A DNA stretch of 64,000 nucleotides, from contig JANNVQ010000034.1 in NCBI GenBank assembly GCA_031414535.1, positions 1 through 64,000 of the forward strand. The letters run 5' to 3'. The position numbers were made by a program, and so were the translations under genes. Of the stretch, positions 56,267 through 64,000 are shown piece after piece (position 1 is the stretch's first letter; the number at the start of each line of letters is the position of its first letter). The notes under the pieces are model-generated. The model did no database searches. It was given only the letters and a program-made list of their open reading frames with translations, and had not been told where the DNA came from. This DNA is from Gemmatimonas sp. (GTDB lineage Bacteria > Gemmatimonadota > Gemmatimonadetes > Gemmatimonadales > Gemmatimonadaceae).

Positions 56267-58381
56267 GTGCTCTCCAAGTACCCACGGCTTCGTTTCTACC
56301 TTCCACGCCTCGCGCTCGCTGTCGGCGGGCTGGGCGTCGTTTTCGCCTTGGTCTTCGCGTCTTGGTGGACTTGGTTCCTCTGCTCGGACGAGACCTGCCC
56401 GAGCATTGAGCAGTTCGTAGACTACAAACCCTCCGAGCCGGCCCGGCTCTACGCCGTCGACGGCCGCTTCATCGGCGAAATCGGCCTCGAGCGCCGCTCG
56501 GTGGTCACGCTCGACCAGATCCCGCGCCACGTGGCGGACGCCTTCGTCATCACCGAAGACAAGCGATACTACCAGCACTCGGGTGTGGACTACTTCCGCG
56601 TGTTGGGCTCCGTGATCGCCAATGCGCGCGCGATGGGTTTCGCCGAAGGCTTCTCGACCATCACCATGCAGCTCGCGCGCAATATCTTCCCGGCGCAGTT
56701 GCCTTCGCGTTCCAAAGCGGGCTCGGCCTACAACAACCTCGTGCGCAAATTCCGCGAGGCCAAGGTGGCGCGTCAGCTCGAGGGAGCGCTTTCAAAAGAC
56801 AAGATTCTTGAGCTGTACCTGAACCAGATTTCACTCGGCGCCGGCGCCTATGGTGTTGAGGCCGCCTCGCAGCGCTACTTCGGGCGTCCGGTCAGCGAAA
56901 TCACGGTTGCCGAAGGCGCCATGCTCGCGGCCCTGCCCAAGGCGCCGTCGCGCTACAACCCGCGCCGCTTCCCCGACCGTGCCATTCAGCGCCGTAACAC
57001 GGTGCTCGAGTTAATGCGCCGCGCTGGTGCGCTTTCGGATGCCGACGCTAGCGTGGCTAAGGCCTATCCCTTGCGCCTGAACCGTGCAGCGCGCGGAGCC
57101 GGCGATCCCGCGCCGTACTTTGTGGAGTGGGTGCGCGCCGAACTCGAGCGTCGCTTTGGCAAGCAGGTGTACGAGAGCGGTCTGCGTGTGCTGACTACGC
57201 TCGACCTCGACATGCAGGGCGCCGCTGAACGCGCGGTCGAACGCCAACTGCGCGCCATCGAGGCCAACACATTCGGAAACTTCCCGCACCAGACCTACGA
57301 GGCCTATTTGGCCCGCGCCGCGAGCGGGGACGTGGTGGGCAGCGGTGCCAACTCGCCCTACCTACAGGCCAGCTTCGTCGCCTTGGACCCGCGCAGCGGC
57401 GGCGTGCGCGCGCTCGTTGGCGGCCGTGATTTTGACGATTCGAAGTTCGATCGCGCGGTGCGAGCCACCCGTCAGCCTGGCTCGACCTTCAAGCCGATTG
57501 TGTACGCAACAGCGGTACGCTCGGGCCGATCGCCGGCCTACCTCATTGACGATGAGCCCATCGAGGTGCCGCAGCTCGATGGCACCCTCTGGACGCCGCA
57601 GAACTACGACATGAAGTTCGAAGGTCGTGTGACAATGCGCCGCGCCGTGATGTTCTCACGTAACCTCCCTGCTATTCGCCTCACAATGGAAATCGGCGAG
57701 GGCGCAGTGGTAGACATGGCCAAGAACTTCGGCATCACCACACGCGTGCCGCCCTACCCGTCCATCGCGTTGGGCTCGGCGGACGTGTATCCCATCGAGA
57801 TGGTCGCTGCTTACTCCACCTTCGCAAACCTTGGCTGGCGCGTGCCGCCGAATCCAATCGTGCGCGTGGAGACGCTCGACGGCCGCAGGCTCTACGAGGC
57901 CGATCCGCAGCGTATCCAGGTGCTCTCGCGCGAGGAAGCCTGGATCATGACGGACATGCTCCGCGACGTCATCCGCAGCGGCTCCGGCGCCCGCGTGTGG
58001 AACCAGGAAAACTTCCGCGTGCCTGCGGGCGGGAAGACCGGCACCACCAACGATTACACGGACGTCTGGTTCGTGGGATTCACGGCAGACCTCGTCGCTG
58101 GCGTATGGATTGGCTTCGACCAGCCGAAGGAGATCATGGCCAATGCACAGGGCGGGCGCCTCGCGGCACCGGCTTGGGCGGCCTTCATGCGCGAGGTCTA
58201 CGAGCGGAAGCCAACGCCACCTGATTGGCCCCGCCCCTCGGGCATCCTTGCCGTCCCGATCGATCCCGCCACCGGCCTGCGCGCCGGCCTCGGATGTATC
58301 TCGGACGCGATACGAACCGAGTACTTCATCGCGGGAACCGAACCCACTCAGGAATGCCCGCGACGTGGGATCGTCCCCTGA
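56267..58381 (+). CDS. Class A penicillin-binding protein (PBP1A family)
   Basis: EDKRYY.H, GFSTITMQ, RKFRE, STFK, SRN, KTG. Confidence 0.94.
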   Translation: MLSKYPRLRFYLPRLALAVGGLGVVFALVFASWWTWFLCSDETCPSIEQFVDYKPSEPARLYAVDGRFIGEIGLERRSVVTLDQIPRHVADAFVITEDKRYYQHSGVDYFRVLGSVIANARAMGFAEGFSTITMQLARNIFPAQLPSRSKAGSAYNNLVRKFREAKVARQLEGALSKDKILELYLNQISLGAGAYGVEAASQRYFGRPVSEITVAEGAMLAALPKAPSRYNPRRFPDRAIQRRNTVLELMRRAGALSDADASVAKAYPLRLNRAARGAGDPAPYFVEWVRAELERRFGKQVYESGLRVLTTLDLDMQGAAERAVERQLRAIEANTFGNFPHQTYEAYLARAASGDVVGSGANSPYLQASFVALDPRSGGVRALVGGRDFDDSKFDRAVRATRQPGSTFKPIVYATAVRSGRSPAYLIDDEPIEVPQLDGTLWTPQNYDMKFEGRVTMRRAVMFSRNLPAIRLTMEIGEGAVVDMAKNFGITTRVPPYPSIALGSADVYPIEMVAAYSTFANLGWRVPPNPIVRVETLDGRRLYEADPQRIQVLSREEAWIMTDMLRDVIRSGSGARVWNQENFRVPAGGKTGTTNDYTDVWFVGFTADLVAGVWIGFDQPKEIMANAQGGRLAAPAWAAFMREVYERKPTPPDWPRPSGILAVPIDPATGLRAGLGCISDAIRTEYFIAGTEPTQECPRRGIVP

Positions 58382-59730
58382 TGGCGGCGCGCGTCCGTTG
58401 GCACGCGCGCTGGGTGGTCCCGGTGGCATCGCCACCGATTGAGAATGGCTGCGTCATCACGGAAGCCGAGCGCATCGTCTGGGTCGGCGAGCGTGTGCAT
58501 GCGCCAGCTGGTGGGAGCGACGAGGAACTTGGAGACGCCTTCCTCACGCCGGGCTTGGTGAACGCACACACGCATCTGGGTCTCACCATGATGCGTGGCT
58601 TGCTCGGCGGACTGCCTTTCTTCACTTGGGTGCGCACGCTGACCGCGGCCTCCGCCACGCTCACTGACGCGGACCTCCTCGACGCCGCCTTGCTTGGCTT
58701 GGCCGAAGGCATCGCAGCAGGCACCACGACCTTTGCTGACACCGCGCCCAATGAGGCGGCGTTCAACGCCATGCGCCAGCTCGGCGTGCGTGGCATCGCG
58801 TATCGCGAGGTGTTCGGGCCTGATCCCGAGGTGGCGGAGAAGCATCTCGCGCTTCTTGCAGACCAGATCAACTCCATGCTGCAACGCGCCACGGACTTGG
58901 TCCATGTGGGCGTGTCACCGCATGCGCCCTACTCGGTCAGCGATGCGCTCTTCGCGGCCGTCGCCCGTCTCGCAGCGGAGCGCCGCATCCCAGTGGCCGT
59001 GCACATCGCGGAAAGTGCGGAGGAGCAGCGCTTGGTGACGGAAGGTGAAGGCGACTACGCCAACTTCCTCCGCGGTCGTGGCATTGACGTGACGCCGCGT
59101 GGTTCGGAGCCGATGGCCATCATCGAGCGCGCCGATCTGCTCAAGCGCCACACGCTGCTGATTCACGCTGTGCGAGTGAGTGAGGGCGTGATTGCGCGCA
59201 TCGCCAGCGCCGGCTCTGGTGTGGCGCACTGCCCGGCGTCCAACGCCTGGTTCGGCCACGGCGTGGCCCCGCTCGCTGCCATGACCCAGGCGGGCGTACA
59301 GGTGGGGCTTGGCTCTGATTCAATGGCCTCCAACGATCGCATGGATCTGCTCGAGGAGGCGCGCTTGGCCGCGTTCGCCCAGCGCACCATCAGCGGGCGG
59401 CACGACCTCATCACGGCGAAGCAGGCCTTCCGTCTCGCCACCCTCGGCGGTGCTGAGGCTTTAAACCTCGACGAGCAGATTGGTTCGCTGGAGGTGGGCA
59501 AGCAAGCGGACATCGCGGCCTTCGCGATGCATCCGCAGCATGGCCCGGTGACTGATCCGTATGCCGCCCTCGTTTTCGGTCCGCGTCCAACGACCACACG
59601 CGTGATTGTCGCTGGTACAGAGCTTTATCGGGATGGAGCAGTGAAAGGCTTCGACTCCGCAGTTTCAGCTCGTGTGCAGGCTACCGCCGAGCGACTTCAG
59701 CGGTGGCGCCGCGAACAACCTTCGGTTTAG
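58381..59730 (+). CDS. Amidohydrolase family (MtaD/AtzA-like deaminase)
   Basis: PGLVNAHTH, SPHAPYS, HIAES, HCPASN, GSDS, GKQADI; ATG overlaps the PBP TGA. Confidence 0.88.
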   Translation: MAARVRWHARWVVPVASPPIENGCVITEAERIVWVGERVHAPAGGSDEELGDAFLTPGLVNAHTHLGLTMMRGLLGGLPFFTWVRTLTAASATLTDADLLDAALLGLAEGIAAGTTTFADTAPNEAAFNAMRQLGVRGIAYREVFGPDPEVAEKHLALLADQINSMLQRATDLVHVGVSPHAPYSVSDALFAAVARLAAERRIPVAVHIAESAEEQRLVTEGEGDYANFLRGRGIDVTPRGSEPMAIIERADLLKRHTLLIHAVRVSEGVIARIASAGSGVAHCPASNAWFGHGVAPLAAMTQAGVQVGLGSDSMASNDRMDLLEEARLAAFAQRTISGRHDLITAKQAFRLATLGGAEALNLDEQIGSLEVGKQADIAAFAMHPQHGPVTDPYAALVFGPRPTTTRVIVAGTELYRDGAVKGFDSAVSARVQATAERLQRWRREQPSV

Positions 59731-59757
59731 GTTCAAAGGTCCGGATGACAGCTCCAC

Positions 59758-59785
59758 TCCCGTCATCCGTCATCCGTCTTCCGTC
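59758..59785. repeat. Tandem heptamer x4 (TCCCGTC ATCCGTC ATCCGTC TTCCGTC)
   Basis: Read directly; at the 5' end of ilvE. Confidence 0.9.
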
Positions 59786-59795
59786 CACTAAAGAT

Positions 59796-60743
59796 TTGTC
59801 TCGCGGCTCCGGCGCAACTCAGCTCATTTGGCGTGATGGCAGCCTCGTCCCTTGGGACGACGCCAACCTGCACGTGATGAGCCATGTGATTCACTACGGC
59901 TCGAGCATCTTTGAGGGCATTCGTTCCTACAAGACGCCGACCGGTGGCGCTGTATTCCGGCTCCGCGAGCACATGCGGCGCTTTCAGGACTCGGCCAAGA
60001 TCTATCGGATGCCGATGAAGTACTCGCTGGACGAGCTTTGCGACGCGGTGACAAGCACCATCGCCGCCAACGGGCTCGAGGCCTGCTACATCCGCCCGCT
60101 CGCGGTGCGTGCAGGGCAGGAGATGGGCGTGCTACCGACGAATGCTCCGGTTGAGACCTTCGTCATTTGCTGGACCTGGGGCGCCTATCTCGGCAAGGAC
60201 GCACTCGAGGAAGGCGTGGATGTGACGATCAGCAGCTGGCGGCGTGCCGCACCGGGGACTTTTCCGGTGATGGCCAAGGCGGGCGGCAACTATCTGAATT
60301 CGCAGCTCTCCAAGATGGAAGCACGCAACGATGGCTACGTCGAGGGCATCATGCTCGACGTGCACGGGCACGTGTCTGAGGGCAGCGGCGAGAATTTGTT
60401 TGTGGTGCGCGACAACATCCTCTACACGGCGCCGCTCTCCGCGAGCATCCTCAACGGCATCACGCGCGACGCAGTTGTTACGATGGCGCGCGATTTGGGG
60501 TATGAAGTGCGGGAGTTATTGATGCCACGGGAGTTTCTGCTCATCGCGGATGAGGTCTTCTTCACCGGTACGGCGGCCGAGATCACGCCGATTCGCAGCA
60601 TTGATAAGAGTTCCATTGGTGCGGGGAAGCGAGGCCCTGTCACCCATGCGATCCAAGAGCGATTCCTCGCGATTGCCACCGGACGAGCGCCTGATACGAG
60701 AGGTTGGCTCACTCCGGTCCCCCCGGCTCCGAAGCAGAGTTGA
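59796..60743 (+). CDS. ilvE: Branched-chain amino acid aminotransferase
   Basis: HYGSSIFEGIR, YIRP, KAGGNY, EGSGEN, GITR, TGTAAEITPI; start TTG 59796 or ATG 59745. Confidence 0.93.
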   Translation: MSRGSGATQLIWRDGSLVPWDDANLHVMSHVIHYGSSIFEGIRSYKTPTGGAVFRLREHMRRFQDSAKIYRMPMKYSLDELCDAVTSTIAANGLEACYIRPLAVRAGQEMGVLPTNAPVETFVICWTWGAYLGKDALEEGVDVTISSWRRAAPGTFPVMAKAGGNYLNSQLSKMEARNDGYVEGIMLDVHGHVSEGSGENLFVVRDNILYTAPLSASILNGITRDAVVTMARDLGYEVRELLMPREFLLIADEVFFTGTAAEITPIRSIDKSSIGAGKRGPVTHAIQERFLAIATGRAPDTRGWLTPVPPAPKQS

Positions 60744-60794
60744 CCGTCGAGCGACGGTCGCTTTCACTCGAAGCCCTCACTTGAGGAGGTAGAT

Positions 60795-61397
60795 GTGACC
60801 GTCGGCTGTCTCGCGCTTAATGCGTCCTTCGAACCATTGACGATGGTGCCGCTCAAGCGTGCCTTGCGTCTGGTGATCGATGGGAAGGCCGAGATCGTCG
60901 AAGCGGACACGGGCAAGGCCGTGCGCTCCGAGCGCATGTCGGTGCCGCGTCCGGTGGTCATCCGCCTTCGCAAGTTCGTCCATGTGCCGCGGCGCTTCCG
61001 CCGCCAGGTGACGAACACCTTCCTCTTCGCCCGCGACGGTTACCGCTGCCAGTACTGCAATCGTGCGAGCTACGAGTTGCGTCCGCGCGAGTCGCTCACC
61101 CGCGACCACGTGGTGCCCATCTCACGTGGCGGCCTCAACGTCTGGACCAACGTGGTCACGGCCTGCTCAAGCTGCAACACGAAGAAGGCGAATCATCTCG
61201 CGGCGGAAATCGGGATGCATCTCGCGCACGCTCCAGTGGAGCCGCACTTTGTGCATCTCTCTTGGGCGGTGCGCAAGCTCACGCCCACGCAGTCGCGCTA
61301 CATCAAGCTGTTCTACGGTGGCGATGTGGTACGCCAGCTCGAGGCCATGGAGCGGAAGAACGGCGGTACCTTGCCGCCTGAGGCGCAGGCCATCTAA
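60795..61397 (+). CDS. HNH endonuclease (McrA-like zinc-binding family)
   Basis: GAGGAGG SD; LALNASFEPL, RDGYRCQYC, DHVVPISRGG, NVVTACSSCN. Confidence 0.9.
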   Translation: MTVGCLALNASFEPLTMVPLKRALRLVIDGKAEIVEADTGKAVRSERMSVPRPVVIRLRKFVHVPRRFRRQVTNTFLFARDGYRCQYCNRASYELRPRESLTRDHVVPISRGGLNVWTNVVTACSSCNTKKANHLAAEIGMHLAHAPVEPHFVHLSWAVRKLTPTQSRYIKLFYGGDVVRQLEAMERKNGGTLPPEAQAI

Positions 61398-61419
61398 GCA
61401 GCAGGTCTGCTCGCCTGTG

Positions 61420-62088
61420 CTAACGCGCAGGTCTGAAGATTGCCGTGCGCGCCGCGTACTCGCGGCGCTCGCCGCCAAGGAGCCGCGTGGTGAGGTTGCG
61501 CAGGCCTCGTGAGAGCGCCGTGCCCGGATTCCGCTGGCCGCGCACCGCTGGCGTGAGCTCACCGCGCAGCCAAGCATTCACCTCGTCTAAGTCCGACACG
61601 CTTAGCGTGCGGACCTCGAGTGCGGCTTGATAGTAGTACCGTCGGTTTCGCGTCGGCGAAGTGATTGGCACACGCAGCGGACGTTCCACTGCCGCTTCCG
61701 CGTCTTCGATTCGCGCAAAGCTGCCCAACGAGAGGACGCGGTCGCCCACTCGCTGGCTCACTTCATAACGCTGGTCCGTACCACGCCACCGCACCAACAC
61801 CTCCCACTCCACAGCGCGGTGCAATTGATCCGCAAAGCGCTCGGTTGACCACAGCTCCACGCGGTAGCTCAGGCGTGCCGGGAAGCCATTCTCCAACAGC
61901 TCACGCATACGCGCGTCGCTCAGCACGGCGCGCGCTCGCACCAAGGGGCCCTCGCTGGTGAGCTGTGCCGGCGCCGGCAACTGCACCTCAACGCGCGGCC
62001 GAGTTTGCCCAGCAAGCAGGCTCCCGCCCAACGATGACCCGAAGGTCAACGCCGCGAGCAGCAACCTGAGTGCGGGTCCGAACGTCAT
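61420..62088 (-). CDS. Exported hypothetical protein (DUF4390-like)
   Basis: Signal-like N-terminus; ELLENGFP...YRVELW pattern. Confidence 0.6.
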   Translation of the reverse strand: MTFGPALRLLLAALTFGSSLGGSLLAGQTRPRVEVQLPAPAQLTSEGPLVRARAVLSDARMRELLENGFPARLSYRVELWSTERFADQLHRAVEWEVLVRWRGTDQRYEVSQRVGDRVLSLGSFARIEDAEAAVERPLRVPITSPTRNRRYYYQAALEVRTLSVSDLDEVNAWLRGELTPAVRGQRNPGTALSRGLRNLTTRLLGGERREYAARTAIFRPAR

Positions 62089-62089
62089 T

Positions 62090-63799
62090 TTAGAATCGCC
62101 GCCCCAATCGAATGAGGAAGTTCACGCGCTCCTGGGAGGTCGTGACTGACTTGGCCAAGTAGAAGCCGAGCCCGCCAAAGTCCACGCCAACGCCGATGGA
62201 ACTGCGGAAGGTGTTCAGTGGCGGAATGCCCTTGTCCTGACGCGTCTCCAGAGGGCCGTCGCTCACCGTCCATCCGCGGCCGGCATCGGCGAACAGCACC
62301 CACTGCCCGCGGCCGTTGAAGCCCGGACGCCACCAATCATCGTCCCGATCCGTGCGCACCCAACCCACATGGAAGTCCTGACGCAGTTCGATCTGGCCCA
62401 AGCCGATGCGATCGCAGAGCGTCGGGCTCCCCGGCATCGTCGCAATGCCTCCACAGGTGAAGACGTCATCATCAAACGGCGCTCGACGGAAATCGTAGCC
62501 TTCAACCGAACCCGGACCGCCAACCGACAACTTTCGTTGTTGCGGCAACTCGTTTCCGCCGAGTTGTCCGCCCGCGACGATGCGGATGTTCAGCTGAGTG
62601 CCCGGTGAGAGATTCGTGTAGCGCCGTGCGTCCAGAAAGCCACGCGTGTAGGTGACCTCGGCTGGCGGGCCAAATCCTCCGAGGGGCGGCAGCGTGCGTG
62701 CCAGCGTGCCACGGCCTCGCTCCACGTCGGCCGAGATGAACCATCCCCCGAGCCACGGCGCGCGCACGCGTTCGCGCGTGTCGATCGTGAACCGCGTCGA
62801 GATGAGATCGATTGTACCCTCATCAACCTCGGGATTCACGCGCCAGGCCTGCCGGTCATTGCGCAACGCAATCGGGTTGCGCGCCCCCACCGAACGCCAA
62901 CGCTCAGATCCAAACGCCACCGTCAGCGACACTTCTTCACCGATGCGGCCGCCAATGCTGCCCTCGGCACCGTGACGTCCGTAGTGATCGCGCAGATCGC
63001 GGTGGGCGAGGAAGGTGAGCAAGCCGGCTTCCGTATTGCGCAATTGCCAAGCCTCAATCGGCTCGATCACGTCAAACAGCCGTCCACCCAACACCAGGCC
63101 ATATCCTCGGCCCACGCGCAGCTCGGTGCGAGCATCGTGGCCCATCGTGCCACGGTCCCAGCGCACAGGCTCCGCTGTGCGCATCACACCGAACGCCTCC
63201 ACCTGAATGCGGCCCCAATCCATCGTGCGACGGAAGCGCGGGCCGACAGTGACGGGAAGTCCTTCAACGCGGTTGTACGTCCGCGCGGCCACGAAGAACA
63301 GGTCCGTGTATGCCGGACGCTGCCGATCATCGTCCCTGCCGCCGATGCGTGGACGCCAGTCGCCCGGAACAAAATCCTCAGCTGCAATCAGCTCGCCATT
63401 CATGGAGTAGCGGAGTAACTCCGCCTGCGTCCGCACATCACCGCTGATGGTCACGCCATTGGCACGGCGCAGTGAGCCGCCCACAATCACGACGTTTCCC
63501 GTGATCACGGCACCGCTCTCGAGTCGGACGTCCGCATTGATGGCTACCAGCGTGCCGTCAATGCGCCCACCAATGACTGCGGGACCATTCAGTACACCCA
63601 CGTTGCCACGCACCTCTCGGCCTGCCGGCACGTCATACGACCCAATCACCCGCGTTGTGCCCTCGGCGTTCCAGGTCGCAACCGCCACCTCCGCGATGGG
63701 GCCCCCGCGTCCCTGCGCCTCGAGCGGCGACAGAAGTGGCATCAAAAGCACCAGCGCGACCAGCTTCACCATTCGCATCATTCGCTCCACGAGGTTCAT
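62090..63799 (-). CDS. Omp85-like beta-barrel protein with an N-terminal beta-helix/bactofilin-like region
   Basis: Signal peptide, G-x-V repeats, YNRVEG, GGPGSVEGY, C-terminal LGRRF. Confidence 0.7.
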   Translation of the reverse strand: MNLVERMMRMVKLVALVLLMPLLSPLEAQGRGGPIAEVAVATWNAEGTTRVIGSYDVPAGREVRGNVGVLNGPAVIGGRIDGTLVAINADVRLESGAVITGNVVIVGGSLRRANGVTISGDVRTQAELLRYSMNGELIAAEDFVPGDWRPRIGGRDDDRQRPAYTDLFFVAARTYNRVEGLPVTVGPRFRRTMDWGRIQVEAFGVMRTAEPVRWDRGTMGHDARTELRVGRGYGLVLGGRLFDVIEPIEAWQLRNTEAGLLTFLAHRDLRDHYGRHGAEGSIGGRIGEEVSLTVAFGSERWRSVGARNPIALRNDRQAWRVNPEVDEGTIDLISTRFTIDTRERVRAPWLGGWFISADVERGRGTLARTLPPLGGFGPPAEVTYTRGFLDARRYTNLSPGTQLNIRIVAGGQLGGNELPQQRKLSVGGPGSVEGYDFRRAPFDDDVFTCGGIATMPGSPTLCDRIGLGQIELRQDFHVGWVRTDRDDDWWRPGFNGRGQWVLFADAGRGWTVSDGPLETRQDKGIPPLNTFRSSIGVGVDFGGLGFYLAKSVTTSQERVNFLIRLGRRF

Positions 63800-63803
63800 A
63801 GCG

Positions 63804-64000
63804 TCACTCTACCCCGCTGATGCCGAGTCGGCGCATCCGGCGATACAGGTTGGGACGGTCGGTCAGCAAGCGACGTGCGGCCTCGGCCACCACTCCATTC
63901 GCCGCCTGCAAGGCGCGTTGAATCAACAGGCGTTCGTAGTCATCGAGTTGATCGCTCAGTCCCATCTCCAATCGGTCAGCGCCCGGAAGACTTGCCGGCG
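63804..64000 (-). CDS. 3' end of a Fis-HTH (probably NtrC-family) regulator, truncated by the window
   Basis: ...LSDQLDDYERLLIQRALQAANGVVAEAARRLLTDRPNLYRRMRRLGISGVE*. Confidence 0.8.
   Translation of the reverse strand, partial: PASLPGADRLEMGLSDQLDDYERLLIQRALQAANGVVAEAARRLLTDRPNLYRRMRRLGISGVE

Noticed and set aside
60795..61397. HNH protein as an IscB/Cas9-like RNA-guided nuclease
   Set aside because: Only 200 aa, no RuvC motifs or PLMP start, and no room for an upstream ncRNA

Overview
High-GC bacterial chromosomal segment. Gene content and order suggest Gemmatimonadota; this is an inference, as no search was run. It is mostly core genes: a sigma-70 factor, aroB, PduO-type adenosyltransferase, ferredoxin-NADP reductase, TamA/TamB, an NtrB/NtrC-like pair, acpS, a cytochrome c-FTR1 iron permease, lgt, tsaD, rpe, rsmB, fmt, def, yajC, queA, ruvCAB, yebC, MsbA- and LpxL-like genes, prfC, tyrS, PBP1A, ilvE and an HNH protein. 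A five-gene signalling block lies at 44.6-53.0 kb. I saw no rRNA, tRNA, CRISPR array, integrase or transposase. The most striking unexplained structure is non-coding: a dispersed family of tandem heptamers, (GACGGAW)3 / (WTCCGTC)3, with a strict strand rule. The pyrimidine-rich strand sits in 5' leaders just before start codons, downstream of TANNNT -10 boxes. The purine-rich strand sits at gene 3' ends, and in def and tsaD it lies inside the coding sequence. At three gene junctions the two forms make 24-27 bp inverted arms, two of which enclose terminator-like hairpins. Other observations: many apparently leaderless genes, a 59-aa protein with four CxxC motifs missing from the ORF track, a Fur-like box inside the iron permease start, a GAFTGA-less enhancer-binding protein, a C-terminal-only DnaB paralog, and queA-yajC without tgt.
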